Below, one piece after another: positions 25,312 through 36,092 of a DNA stretch of 64,000 nt. This stretch comes from a virus: IMG/VR virus record IMGVR_UViG_3300032246_001533, positions 6,580 to 70,579 of that record; one strand, given 5' to 3'. The notes beneath the pieces are model-generated. The model did not search any database, had not been told where the DNA came from, and worked only from the letters and a program-made list of their open reading frames with translations. Positions within the stretch are counted from its first letter, which is position 1; the number at the start of each line of letters is the position of its first letter. The position numbers were made by a program, and so were the translations under genes.

Positions 25312-27288
25312 ATGTCATATAAACAAGCAGTCCTTAGAGATGATCCAATTGCTTATTGGCCCTTAACTGGAACTGTAAATTTAAGAACTTATGCAACTTT
25401 GCTTGAAGAATACGCAACATATCAAGAATTTTTACTTTCAGAAGATACTTACGGATATCAACCAGGGTCTTTTTATTTTGAAGATTTATCTATAAACTCA
25501 AATCATGCTGCCGTGTCATTTGGAACACAGCTACCAATATTTCAAGATGTTTTAACATTAAATTCAAGATCTTTTAATGACAAAAATATAAATGGTTGTA
25601 AAATTACAGATACATCTATTGTAAGCATTTATGATATTTATAGTTTTTTTGATAAAAATCAAGAAAATAAAATTTTTGGAGCAGAGTTTTGGGTTTTTTT
25701 TAATGACAACCCATCAACAAATGTAAATCTTTTATCAGTATATGATAGTTTATCTCAAATAAATGTTTTTGAAGTTTATGCTTATAATAATGCAATATAT
25801 CTAACCGTTAGAAATTCTACAGAATCATACACAACAAAAAAAGAAATATTTTCATGGGACAAAAAAATGAATATTTTTGTTTCATATTCTGAAAGAAATA
25901 TAGAAATTATGGTTAATGGAATTGCTGATGAAACAGTTTTGATACCAAATACATTTAAATTTATTGGAAACGATTATCCATATCTTAAGTATAAAATTGG
26001 TCCAGCAGAAACAGGCAAAAACTTTATTATTAATGACCTTGCTTTTTATACAAGAAAATTATCTGTAAATGAAATAAGAAACCACATGGTTTGGGCAAAT
26101 ATTAACTCTGACCCTGAATTTGCTGCTTTACAAGGAAGTGCATATCACTTTAATATTAAAGAACGTAATGAAATGATACATTTACAAAAAATATTTACAA
26201 AGCCAGAAGACTATAACCTAGGTGTTTATTCAAATCTTATACCAGACAAAAATGGATTAAAAATACAACAAACATCTGCAGCGGGATCGCAAACGGGGTA
26301 TTGGCAGTACAACTTCCCAATAGTACAATACACAAATTTTGCTGGAGTAGACATATCTTGGGACTCAGGATTTACTCCAAATTCTTCTATTGCAAATATG
26401 GAATATGTAAAAGTTTATTCATCATATGATAACGGTCAAACATGGAATCAGGTTTACAGCAATAAAATAGTTCCTTATTTTTTATCCAGAGCATCCAACG
26501 CATCGGCAGCACAACTACTTGTAAAAGTTATAATGAATTCAACAAATACTTCAGACGAGCTCCAACCCAGATTGGATAACCTTAGAATTACTATTTATAA
26601 AAACCTTAACTTGCCTTCAGATTCTGGTGAATTTATTTTATCACCCGTTGCAAGTCAAACTTACATGATAAGACAAAATGAAGATACATTAATATCAAGA
26701 GATAGAAATTTTGGCATACATTTTGTTAATCAAAATCCGAACTCTGGATACCCAGGAACAGCATTAATTAATTCAGTAAATAATGCAGAATATAAAACTA
26801 TTGAATTTTGGTTTAAATATGAAGGTTGTCAAAATAACACTCTGGGGGCTGTTTTAGACACAGCAACAGTAAATGGGGTTGATCTATACGTTAACCCGTC
26901 TACAAGCGTTCTAACAAGCAACCTAGGCTCAAATGGCACACTGTATGTAAATGGATTAGCTCAAAACAACGGATACACAATTGTACCTGGAGAAACTTAT
27001 CATATAACTTTAACTTATAATCAATCTACGTCTAATCAAATATACATTAATGGAAGCACTGATGGACTTTCTACTCCATTACAGGCCATGTATGGGTTTA
27101 TAACATTATTTCCAAACAAATTATCTTCTTCAGAGATACAATCAAGATATTTATCGTATATCACAATCAAATCAACTGTTGTTTACGATAGCACAACAAG
27201 TCTGGGTAGTGTGGTTGAGTACTCAGGATCAGAACCAACCAGCATAAATGGCGGTTTACCTGTCATTTCACATGATCATACATACTAA
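25312..27288 (+). CDS. LamG/concanavalin-A-like virion protein
   Basis: SYKQAVLRDDPIAYWPL; DLAFYTRKLS..EI..H; TIEFWF. Confidence 0.75.
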   Translation: MSYKQAVLRDDPIAYWPLTGTVNLRTYATLLEEYATYQEFLLSEDTYGYQPGSFYFEDLSINSNHAAVSFGTQLPIFQDVLTLNSRSFNDKNINGCKITDTSIVSIYDIYSFFDKNQENKIFGAEFWVFFNDNPSTNVNLLSVYDSLSQINVFEVYAYNNAIYLTVRNSTESYTTKKEIFSWDKKMNIFVSYSERNIEIMVNGIADETVLIPNTFKFIGNDYPYLKYKIGPAETGKNFIINDLAFYTRKLSVNEIRNHMVWANINSDPEFAALQGSAYHFNIKERNEMIHLQKIFTKPEDYNLGVYSNLIPDKNGLKIQQTSAAGSQTGYWQYNFPIVQYTNFAGVDISWDSGFTPNSSIANMEYVKVYSSYDNGQTWNQVYSNKIVPYFLSRASNASAAQLLVKVIMNSTNTSDELQPRLDNLRITIYKNLNLPSDSGEFILSPVASQTYMIRQNEDTLISRDRNFGIHFVNQNPNSGYPGTALINSVNNAEYKTIEFWFKYEGCQNNTLGAVLDTATVNGVDLYVNPSTSVLTSNLGSNGTLYVNGLAQNNGYTIVPGETYHITLTYNQSTSNQIYINGSTDGLSTPLQAMYGFITLFPNKLSSSEIQSRYLSYITIKSTVVYDSTTSLGSVVEYSGSEPTSINGGLPVISHDHTY

Positions 27289-27339
27289 AAGTGGCATTGG
27301 TATGTTCTATTTTAATGAATTAGGTGGTATTATTGGCAT

Positions 27340-27678
27340 ATGGGAAAAATGAAGATTACTCCAATAGATGAAGTAAATTGGGGATTATATGGATGGCAAA
27401 TGCCAGACGGAACTCTTGTTACTAATGAAGAAGGAGCTTATTTAAGCATACCATCTTTAAAAGGTGACATAAGACAAATTAAAAAATTAAAAGATGCTGC
27501 AAAGCATTATGGGCTTGAAGAAGGAAAACCTATATTTTTTTCAGGGCATAGGCCAGTGACAGACGAAGAGCTTGCAGAACAAAGACAAAGGTTAGAGCTA
27601 GGCTTAGTTCCAGATGTTGAAGACACACCCGCAATGATGGATTATATTAAAGAAGTGAGGGACATGAAGATTGGCTAA
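27340..27678 (+). CDS. Hypothetical protein preceding the portal gene (likely leaderless)
   Basis: ORF track; TGGTATTAT ends 6 nt before the ATG. Confidence 0.75.
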   Translation: MGKMKITPIDEVNWGLYGWQMPDGTLVTNEEGAYLSIPSLKGDIRQIKKLKDAAKHYGLEEGKPIFFSGHRPVTDEELAEQRQRLELGLVPDVEDTPAMMDYIKEVRDMKIG

Positions 27679-29254
27679 TTTAAGTATTGCTGACGATGAT
27701 AATGATGAAAATGTAATGATTAGATCAAATCTAGATTACAAATCTATGGTTCAACCAGAAGAAATTTTTGATGACCCATTTAATAACAACTGGGAACAAA
27801 TTAAAAAATCTGAAGGCCTAAGTCCTAATTTTCGTCGTCAAGTAAACAGATTAGAAAAGTCTTTTATGGGACACGATGATTCAAAATCAAAAAAGTTAGA
27901 CCCCCTAGACCTTACTGGATATTCTTTATTTCAAATTGTTCAACCACCCTATAATATTTTATATTTGGCACAACTTTATGATGTGTCTCCATATCATCAC
28001 TCAGCAGTAAATGCTAAAGCTGCAAACGTAGTTGGACTTGGATATAAGTTTGAAGAAACATGGAGAACTAAGCAAAAAGTTGAATCTGTTTTAGATAATC
28101 CTAAAAAACTTGATAAAATTCGTGCAAAACTTGAACAATCAAAAGAAGAGTTAAGAGATTATTTAGAATCAATGAATTCTGAAGATTCATTTATTGAAAA
28201 TATGAAAAAAGTTTTTGTTGATTTAGAATCAACAGGAAATGCTTATCTTGAAGTTGGAAGAACCTCAACTGGTAAAATTGGTTACTTGGGTCACATACCA
28301 ACACAAACCATGAGAATACGTCGTCACAGAGATGGTTTTGTTCAAGTAGTTTATAACCGATACACATTTTTTAGAAACTTTGGAGATACTGAAACTCCAG
28401 ATCAAATTGGAACAGATCCCAACCCTAACGAAGTTATTCACTTTAAAGTATTTACTCCTTCTAACACATACTATGGAGTACCAGACGTTTTATCTGCAAA
28501 GAATGCAGTTGCTGGTGATGAATTTGCACAAAGATTTAACCTTGACTACTTTGAAAATAAAGCGGTTCCAAGATACATTATTACAGTAAAAGGCGCAAAG
28601 TTAACTGCTGATTCAGAAAGAAAACTTCTTGAATTTTTTCAAACAGGTTTGCGTGGAAGAAATCATAGAACACTCTACATCCCACTTCCTTCAGATGGAG
28701 ATCAAGGAAGAGTTGAATTTAAAATGGATCCAATTGAAGCTGGGGTACAAGACTCATCGTTTAAGAATTATGCAGTAGAAAATAGAGACCGCATTCTTCT
28801 TTCGCATAGAGTTCCAGTATCAAAACTTGGAATGCCAGCAAACGTATCCTTGGCAAACGCCAAAGATGCCGATAAAACATTTAAAGAGCAAGTTTGTCGT
28901 CCAAGGCAAGAAGAACTTGAGTTTAAAATTAATAAGATTATTTCTGAGTTTACAGACGCATTTACGCTAAGATTTAACGAACTTGCACTTACAGATGAAG
29001 AAACTCAATCAAGAATTGATGATCGCTACCTTAAAGATCAAGTTTTACTTCCAAATGAAGTACGTGCACGTAAGGGCCTTGCCCCTATTTCTACTGGTGA
29101 TACAGTCCTAGTATTAAACCCAAAACAAGCAACTGATGCAATATCTGATGCCAGCGGGAATAAAACTAGAGACCAAAATAGAACAATTAATGCTCCAGAT
29201 AAAATGGGAACTGGAAGAAATCCTAAAGGCGAAGGCTCGCAAGAAGGAAATTAA
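27671..29254 (+). CDS. Portal protein
   Basis: GNAYLEV, NEVIHFK...YYGVP, YFENKAVP, PNEVRARKGLAP. Confidence 0.9.
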   Translation: MANLSIADDDNDENVMIRSNLDYKSMVQPEEIFDDPFNNNWEQIKKSEGLSPNFRRQVNRLEKSFMGHDDSKSKKLDPLDLTGYSLFQIVQPPYNILYLAQLYDVSPYHHSAVNAKAANVVGLGYKFEETWRTKQKVESVLDNPKKLDKIRAKLEQSKEELRDYLESMNSEDSFIENMKKVFVDLESTGNAYLEVGRTSTGKIGYLGHIPTQTMRIRRHRDGFVQVVYNRYTFFRNFGDTETPDQIGTDPNPNEVIHFKVFTPSNTYYGVPDVLSAKNAVAGDEFAQRFNLDYFENKAVPRYIITVKGAKLTADSERKLLEFFQTGLRGRNHRTLYIPLPSDGDQGRVEFKMDPIEAGVQDSSFKNYAVENRDRILLSHRVPVSKLGMPANVSLANAKDADKTFKEQVCRPRQEELEFKINKIISEFTDAFTLRFNELALTDEETQSRIDDRYLKDQVLLPNEVRARKGLAPISTGDTVLVLNPKQATDAISDASGNKTRDQNRTINAPDKMGTGRNPKGEGSQEGN

Positions 29255-29325
29255 TTCAAATATTATAGCAATATATTTATCAAAATTATGAGTTATTTAT
29301 AAACTTTGCTATTATTTATTTACAT

Positions 29326-30756
29326 ATGGACATTCAAAAAACTTACTGGAAAAATAGCGAGTCTTCAATGGCTCTTGCTTTTCCTATTTCTAAAGTAAAT
29401 AGAGAGAAAAGAACAGTCTCTGGATTCGCATCGTTGGATAATATTGATCGTCATGGTGATATTGTTAAGTCAGATGCAAGCAAAAAAGCTTTTGAAACAT
29501 TCAGAGGAAATATTCGTGAAATGCACGGGCCAACTGCTGTTGGCAAAATGGTTGATTTTAAAGAAGATAATTTTTTTGATCCAGAAACTAATAAAAAATA
29601 TAACGGTATATACGTAACAGCTTATATTTCAAAAGGTGCACAAGATGCTTGGGAAAAAGTTTTAGACGGAACTTACTCAGGTTTTTCTATTGGTGGAAAC
29701 ATTAAAGATGCAAAAATGGAAAAAGCTGATGATGGTTCAAATGAAACTCGTCGTGTTATTTATGATTACGAACTACATGAATTAAGTCTTGTTGATTCTC
29801 CAGCAAACCAACTAGCAAATTTTATGTCAATTCAAAAAAATCAAGATGGAAGCCTTTTTGTTAAAGGTATGGTTTCAGAAGTAACTTTGGAAAATGTTTT
29901 TTGGTGCAAGCAAGATGAAATTGCTTCAACTTCAGAATCTACAAAAAAAGATTGTGTAGTTTGTGATGCTCCAATGACAAATATTGGCTGGGTAGAACAA
30001 ACAGATTCAGAAAAATTTGAAGCAATTGAAAAAGTAATTGATTCTTATTTTAAGAAAGATGATGCTCCAGATAGCACACACTCAGCAACAACACATGATT
30101 CAGATTCACAAAATGTGATCAGTTCGGATCAAACAATTAATTTATATCCAGATCAAAATGAAAAAACAAAAGTTTTGTTCCATGATGGAACAAAAGTAAA
30201 CAAGAGTGATAATCAAATTTCGCTCAACGAAGGAGGTAAACAAATGACAGAAGATACAAATACAACAACAGAAAATGCGGTTGATGTAGAGGCTCCAGTC
30301 GAAGAAGTTTCAACTGTTTCAGAAACAACAGAAGATGCAAGCATTGAAAAAGCTGCAAATATATCTGAGGTTGAAGACACACTTGATTTAGAAAAGATGG
30401 TTAAGGACCTTTCAACCTTCTTTGGTGAGTCTATTGAAAAAAACTATGCAACACACGCTGCAACTATAGCTGACATGTTAAACATTGTTAATGCTACAAG
30501 AGCAGAAATGGCTCGTTTGTCAAAAAATTATGAGGATATTCAAAAAGCAAACGAAGATATTAATGCAAAGTACGAAACCTTGAGTAAGTCAGTAGAGGAT
30601 ATGCTCGGAAAGATTGAGTATGTAGATAATAGTCTCAAAAATTTTGAGTCAGCTACTGCAGTTCAGAAGTCCATTGGGGTTGAAGCTCCGATGGGTCAAA
30701 CAAAACCAAAACAAAGTATATGGCAAGGACACTTCCTCGGTGTTGATAACCTATAA
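29326..30756 (+). CDS. Prohead protease with a C-terminal acidic/coiled-coil scaffold region
   Basis: IREMH, GFSIGG, ELSLVDSPAN (HK97-type protease motifs). Confidence 0.85.
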   Translation: MDIQKTYWKNSESSMALAFPISKVNREKRTVSGFASLDNIDRHGDIVKSDASKKAFETFRGNIREMHGPTAVGKMVDFKEDNFFDPETNKKYNGIYVTAYISKGAQDAWEKVLDGTYSGFSIGGNIKDAKMEKADDGSNETRRVIYDYELHELSLVDSPANQLANFMSIQKNQDGSLFVKGMVSEVTLENVFWCKQDEIASTSESTKKDCVVCDAPMTNIGWVEQTDSEKFEAIEKVIDSYFKKDDAPDSTHSATTHDSDSQNVISSDQTINLYPDQNEKTKVLFHDGTKVNKSDNQISLNEGGKQMTEDTNTTTENAVDVEAPVEEVSTVSETTEDASIEKAANISEVEDTLDLEKMVKDLSTFFGESIEKNYATHAATIADMLNIVNATRAEMARLSKNYEDIQKANEDINAKYETLSKSVEDMLGKIEYVDNSLKNFESATAVQKSIGVEAPMGQTKPKQSIWQGHFLGVDNL

Positions 30757-30792
30757 CAAAAAAATAAAAGAAATAAAGGTGGTGAAATAAAA

Positions 30793-31941
30793 ATGAGTAA
30801 TGAACTTCTACAAAAAGTAATTGATACAACGAACCTCGGTTCTTCAGCAGTAAATGCATCAGGAGATTCTTCTAACCTTTCAGGTAACGGACTTCTATAT
30901 CCAGATCAAGCTAATCGCTTCTTGGATTACATGTGGGATGCAACAATTCTTGCTAAAGCAGCTAGAACAATTCGTATGCGTTCAAACACAACCGAAATTG
31001 ATCGTGTTGCAGTTGGACAACGTATCATGACAGTTGCACAAGAAGACAGCCCTCGTGATTATGTAGGCGCATCTGGTACATATACCAATGCAAACTCTTC
31101 TACATTTACAGCACAAGGAGCAACCTTTAACAAGGTGTCTCTTACAACACGTAAACTCCGTCTTGATTGGGAGCTTTCATCAGAATCTCTAGAAGATAAC
31201 GTTGAAGGTCCAGATCTTGAGGATCACATTGCACGTCTTATGGCTACCCAAGCTGGTAACGATATTGAGGATACCCTTATTAACGGTACTGGAACTGGTA
31301 GCGGTTTGATGTCAGCATTTAAAGGCTTCCGCCAATTAGCACTTGACAACGCACACGTTGTTGATGCACAAGGCGTAGGACTTGACAAGTCTGTATTTAA
31401 CCTAGCAATTAAAACATTGCCTCGTAAGTACAAGCAACGTCGTAACCAACTAAGATTCTTCACAGGATCAAACTTGGTACAAGACTATCTATTCAATTTA
31501 ACAGCTAACGCTGGCTCAGTAAATCCATTTGATATCGCTTCAGGTATCATTCGTGGTGATGTTGCAGCTAACGATGGTGGTCCAGGTGCTACAACGCCAT
31601 TCGCGTTTGGTATCCCAGTGATTAACGTTCCATTGATGGATGAGACAAAGGCAGGAACATATTCTAGCCCTTCAGGTCTTCACGGAGACGTACACTTGAC
31701 TTTCCCACAGAACTTCATCATTGGCATTAAGCGTGACGTAACAGTCTATCGTCTTTTCCAACCAAAGAAAGACACAATTGAATACACACTATTCATCCGT
31801 GTTGGTTGCGTAATGGAAAACTACGATGCACACGTCATTGTAACAAATGTCAAGATTGCTGGTTCTGTTGCATCAGGAGCATTCGGTTCTGTAACACACG
31901 GAGCAAATGTAACTGGCGGACAAAACGGAAATACATACTAA
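30793..31941 (+). CDS. Major capsid protein (HK97 fold)
   Basis: Position after the protease; ELSSESLEDN, DTLING; strong codon bias; terminator downstream. Confidence 0.9.
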   Translation: MSNELLQKVIDTTNLGSSAVNASGDSSNLSGNGLLYPDQANRFLDYMWDATILAKAARTIRMRSNTTEIDRVAVGQRIMTVAQEDSPRDYVGASGTYTNANSSTFTAQGATFNKVSLTTRKLRLDWELSSESLEDNVEGPDLEDHIARLMATQAGNDIEDTLINGTGTGSGLMSAFKGFRQLALDNAHVVDAQGVGLDKSVFNLAIKTLPRKYKQRRNQLRFFTGSNLVQDYLFNLTANAGSVNPFDIASGIIRGDVAANDGGPGATTPFAFGIPVINVPLMDETKAGTYSSPSGLHGDVHLTFPQNFIIGIKRDVTVYRLFQPKKDTIEYTLFIRVGCVMENYDAHVIVTNVKIAGSVASGAFGSVTHGANVTGGQNGNTY

Positions 31942-31957
31942 TATTTATTAGTTGCAA

Positions 31958-31994
31958 GATTAGGGGGGCAGTAGAAATACTGCCTCCCTTAATC
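31958..31994 (+). terminator. Hairpin after the major capsid gene
   Basis: GATTAGGGGGGCAGTA-GAAA-TACTGCCTCCCTTAATC. Confidence 0.75.
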
Positions 31995-32031
31995 ATTATC
32001 TGATATAATAAGTTATGACGAAAGGGTACAA

Positions 32032-32430
32032 ATGTCATTTTCAGATCTAAAAATAACAGAGTTAAGAAAAGCTGCAGACTCATTTGGAGTAGATACGGCA
32101 GAAGCTAAAACTAAACAAGAAATCATTGCAATTCTTGAAGAAGAAGGTATAAACTATCAAATGTATGCTAAGTTTACTAATGTTGAAAAAGCAGAGATAG
32201 AAATACCAGAAATAGAAAAGAAAAACAGAGAGAGAAAAATTATGAAAACAACTAATTCAGTACTTGTTAAAATGGAAAGAACAAACCATTCATTTCAAAC
32301 ACATGGACATACATTTACAACAGAACATCCATTTGTAGCAATGCCAGAATCAGATGCTCAAAGAATTTTTGATACTATGCCAGGTTTCCGCCTAGCAACT
32401 CCTAGAGAAGCTCAAGAATACTATAACTAA
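32032..32430 (+). CDS. Head-associated protein with a Rho-N/HeH-like N-terminus
   Basis: LKITELRKAADSFGV...TKQEIIAIL. Confidence 0.65.
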   Translation: MSFSDLKITELRKAADSFGVDTAEAKTKQEIIAILEEEGINYQMYAKFTNVEKAEIEIPEIEKKNRERKIMKTTNSVLVKMERTNHSFQTHGHTFTTEHPFVAMPESDAQRIFDTMPGFRLATPREAQEYYN

Positions 32431-32443
32431 GGGGGTGTTTTGA

Positions 32444-33421
32444 TTGCAAACAATCAACACCAATAGTCAAGAAAAAATTTATTTAAATGTCTATAATGAT
32501 GGCATATTAACTCAGGCTACCGCAACGCCTAGAGTAACTATATATGATGCTGATTCAAGTACATATGCTGCAAATGGTGTTCAAAGCAACACACCTTTAT
32601 CTGGTTTTAATAATTTAATAGCACATGATGAAGATGCAGATGGCTCTTATTCATTTTTATTAACTCCAGCAATAACCTCAATAAATAGAGTATTAGAGGT
32701 TAGATGGAGCTATTCAATAAATGGAATTGCAGTAGTTCAAACAGATTTTTATCAAATTGAAACTCCATATGCAACAGTTGCTGAAGTAAATGATTTTTTA
32801 AATTTTGATCCAATTCCCTCAGACCTTAATTACATAGATCCTGTATTAATATCAAACGCTGAAAAGGTGGCAAGAACTATTATTGAAGGATATACAGGGG
32901 TAAAATTTTATAAATATTATGGCGGACAAGAAATTTATGGAATTGGTGCAAATACAATTCAATTAACAGAAAGAATGATTTCGTTAGATAAAATTTTTGA
33001 AAATGAGGTTCTTGTTTATGATAGAACATCAAATCCAGTTTATAATACATTTGGATATAATACAGCAATAAGCCCTTCTGGATATCAAATAAGAGTGTGG
33101 CAACCAGATTTTGGAAATACTTGGAACAACGAATTAGATCCAATACATTACATGACTGGAAGATTTAGAGATAATTCACTTTATAGATTTGTGGGTCAAA
33201 TTGGATATAAATATGTTCCAGAAGATATTAAAACTGCATGTATGCTTTTAATTCAAGATATAATATCAAATGACTATAATTGGAGAAACAAATATTTGTC
33301 AAAGGTTAACCTAAAAGAAATTTCATTTGAAATGGCAAAGGGTGCCTTTAATGGTACAGGAAATATTACAGTAGACAATATTCTTGATCAATACCGCAAA
33401 ACAAATATTGTTATAATATAA
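32444..33421 (+). CDS. Head-to-tail adaptor
   Basis: PYATVAEV, ARTIIEGYTG, GYKYVPEDIKTA; synteny. Confidence 0.75.
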   Translation: MQTINTNSQEKIYLNVYNDGILTQATATPRVTIYDADSSTYAANGVQSNTPLSGFNNLIAHDEDADGSYSFLLTPAITSINRVLEVRWSYSINGIAVVQTDFYQIETPYATVAEVNDFLNFDPIPSDLNYIDPVLISNAEKVARTIIEGYTGVKFYKYYGGQEIYGIGANTIQLTERMISLDKIFENEVLVYDRTSNPVYNTFGYNTAISPSGYQIRVWQPDFGNTWNNELDPIHYMTGRFRDNSLYRFVGQIGYKYVPEDIKTACMLLIQDIISNDYNWRNKYLSKVNLKEISFEMAKGAFNGTGNITVDNILDQYRKTNIVII

Positions 33422-33867
33422 TGTTTAACGCATCTTTTGTTGGCTCAATAATGAATATGAAAGCTGATATTTATACTCAGCAAAACACACAAGACCCCAA
33501 CACTGGACAAATAACAAGGCAATGGCAGTATGAATCAACAATTTCATGCAAAATAGAACCAATAAGTTCTTCAGGAACATATGGAACATCACATAATAAA
33601 AGTTTTTCTAACGGACAAAATTTAGCTTATACTGAAAAAATGCAGCTAATTGTTTATTCAAAAAAGCTTATGAGTAAACGTTGGCGCATACAAAATATAA
33701 GAAGTAATGATAATAAACAAGTTTTTGTTGAAATTGACAAGTATGATGCACCAGATACAATTTTTGAAGTAATATCTTCACATGGAGTTTTAGACCCTTT
33801 TGGAAAAATTTCACATTATGTATCTAATCTATTAAGAACCGAGTTACAAGATGACAGTCAGTCTTGA
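33421..33867 (+). CDS. Head-to-tail stopper / closure protein
   Basis: Synteny and size. Confidence 0.65.
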   Translation: MFNASFVGSIMNMKADIYTQQNTQDPNTGQITRQWQYESTISCKIEPISSSGTYGTSHNKSFSNGQNLAYTEKMQLIVYSKKLMSKRWRIQNIRSNDNKQVFVEIDKYDAPDTIFEVISSHGVLDPFGKISHYVSNLLRTELQDDSQS

Positions 33868-34570
33868 GGTAGATACAAAGCAACTTGTAAATGAATTGGA
33901 TGAATTTGTTAATGGAATAAAAGAATTAACAAAACCTAAAGTTCTTGACAATATATCTAAAGCTGTTTTTACTATAACGGGCAAAAGATTTATGATTGAC
34001 ATTGATAATTATTCAAGAAAAAATCCTAAAAAAATGCATCATATTTATGAATGGGGAAAAGTAGGTAATTCAAGCGCAAGACTTTTTGTTCTAGAAAGAT
34101 CATCAATGATTAATGGTAATCTTACAATAAACACAAATTTTTTACAATCAAGAATGCCTGTCCCAATTGATCCTAAATTGTTATCTCCAGGAAAAACTGG
34201 AAAGAGAGTTTCATCAAGAAGTGTTTTTAGGAATAAAGCAAATATCATGGAATCTGGAACTCCAGTTTCTTTTCAAGCAAAAAGAGTTCTTGCTTTTATG
34301 GGAAACAATGAAATAGCATTTGTTGCACCTGGCACACAGATTAATATTCTTCATCCAGGTGGAATTCAAACAAAAAATGCTTTTGCCTCATATATGGTTG
34401 AATGGTATTCAAGAAATGGACATGCAGTTATGGATTCTTCTGGGTTTTATGAGAAAATATCTAATGCGGTTGCAAAAGCACTAAATACTAAAAAGGGCGG
34501 TGCAGCTCAAGTAAGATCTGCAGTATTTGAAGTTACAAATTCAATAGATAGTGGGGTAATAATTAAATGA
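33851..34570 (+). CDS. Neck / tail-completion protein
   Basis: Synteny; HHIYEWG motif. Confidence 0.55.
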   Translation: MTVSLEVDTKQLVNELDEFVNGIKELTKPKVLDNISKAVFTITGKRFMIDIDNYSRKNPKKMHHIYEWGKVGNSSARLFVLERSSMINGNLTINTNFLQSRMPVPIDPKLLSPGKTGKRVSSRSVFRNKANIMESGTPVSFQAKRVLAFMGNNEIAFVAPGTQINILHPGGIQTKNAFASYMVEWYSRNGHAVMDSSGFYEKISNAVAKALNTKKGGAAQVRSAVFEVTNSIDSGVIIK

Positions 34571-35094
34571 CAGCTAACTACTCATATTTTGCTGTAACAG
34601 ATGTTCGTAATTTAATATGGGAAGAATTAAAGAATTATGGAATCTTAGATGAGCAAGATTACTATGCTGATGGATTTTCATACCCATTAATACCAATTAT
34701 TCCATCTCAACAGGTTCCAGAATTTAATAATTTACTACCAGGTAAAACCTATATTACATATGATGTTGTACAAAAAAACTATGGTGTTCAATGGTGGATT
34801 TCCCAAGAAGACATGATTATGCAGATTATATCAAGAAACAATTCACAGATTATGACAATATCTAATTTTTTGACCGACCTATTTAGAAGATATGAAAAAA
34901 CGGCAGTAGATATCAATGCCCAAATACCAGACTCTAGCCCATTTAAATTTTTGTATTTTAGGCTTGAATCAGCCAACCCAATTCAACCTTTTGAAGATGA
35001 AGGTGGATTTATGAGCGGGGATTTTGTAATTAACTATTCCTATACTCGTCAAGTAGATGAAGGAACAGTAGCCAATACAGGCAGATTTTTGTAA
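34567..35094 (+). CDS. Tail terminator
   Basis: Position directly before the tail tube gene; size. Confidence 0.6.
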   Translation: MTANYSYFAVTDVRNLIWEELKNYGILDEQDYYADGFSYPLIPIIPSQQVPEFNNLLPGKTYITYDVVQKNYGVQWWISQEDMIMQIISRNNSQIMTISNFLTDLFRRYEKTAVDINAQIPDSSPFKFLYFRLESANPIQPFEDEGGFMSGDFVINYSYTRQVDEGTVANTGRFL

Positions 35095-35191
35095 ATTTGA
35101 TTTATTTAGCTTTAATGCTATGCTTTTACATGAGGAAGTAACTAGTTTTAATCTTTGTTTTAATTAAATAAAATAAGGTGGTGAAATAAAA

Positions 35192-35977
35192 ATGGCTTTA
35201 AATACAAAAAATGTAATAGTTGGCGCAGCAGACTTATTCATATCAGTTGGCAACAGCGGAAACGCAGCAGGTCGCCCAGCTACTAACAAAGCAGCTCTGA
35301 CTACTTTGTTAGGAACAAATACATCAGCACGTACTGGCTTGTTATCAAGCGCAGCTTACCGTGAAGTTGGATTTACAAATACAGGACTTGAAGTTTCATA
35401 TGAGCCTTCATACGGCGAAGTAATGGTTGATCAACTTCTTGATGCAGCCCGTCTATTTAAGCAAACACTTAAAGTTATGCTAAAGACAGAGCTTACAGAA
35501 GCAACTCTTGAAAACATGCAGTTCTCATGGGGACAGCTAGATAACGTTTATGTAACAGATTCAGCAGGAACATCTATTGTTAACGTTCCAACACTTGTTA
35601 ACAATGATTCTGCTGTTAACACTACACCAGATACACCAGCAGCTGTATTAAATATGGCAGCAGGCGCACTTGGTGATGCACCAGTAGAGCGTGTTATCAT
35701 TGCAGTAGGACAAGCTCCTGCTCAAATTGGAACATCAGCAAACATTGGAAACCCAGGTGGATCAACTGGCGTTGGAACTACAACATCAGTTAACCGTCAA
35801 AAAGAACGTGTTTATGTAGCACGTCGTGTTGTTTCTATTGATACAACTGCACACTCTCTAAAGCGTGATTCAGCAACAGTATTCCCAATTAGTTTCCGTT
35901 GCTTACCAGATTCAGACCCACAATACGCGGGTTCAGAGTACGGTGTAGTAATTGATCGTGTTTACGGAACAGTCTAA
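35192..35977 (+). CDS. Major tail (tube) protein
   Basis: NVIVGAA, VGFTNTGLEVSYEP, VDQLLD, LTEATLEN; codon bias; hairpin downstream. Confidence 0.85.
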   Translation: MALNTKNVIVGAADLFISVGNSGNAAGRPATNKAALTTLLGTNTSARTGLLSSAAYREVGFTNTGLEVSYEPSYGEVMVDQLLDAARLFKQTLKVMLKTELTEATLENMQFSWGQLDNVYVTDSAGTSIVNVPTLVNNDSAVNTTPDTPAAVLNMAAGALGDAPVERVIIAVGQAPAQIGTSANIGNPGGSTGVGTTTSVNRQKERVYVARRVVSIDTTAHSLKRDSATVFPISFRCLPDSDPQYAGSEYGVVIDRVYGTV

Positions 35978-36007
35978 CAATTAAATAACAACTTAATAAA
36001 ATTTGAA

Positions 36008-36031
36008 GCCCCCTTCAGCAATGGAGGGGGC
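36008..36031 (+). terminator. Hairpin with a GCAA tetraloop after the tail tube gene
   Basis: GCCCCCTTCA-GCAA-TGGAGGGGGC. Confidence 0.75.
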
Positions 36032-36092
36032 CTTGAATTTGTCTATACCCACAATATTGGTATAATTTAACTAACTAACAGAGGAGCTACAA

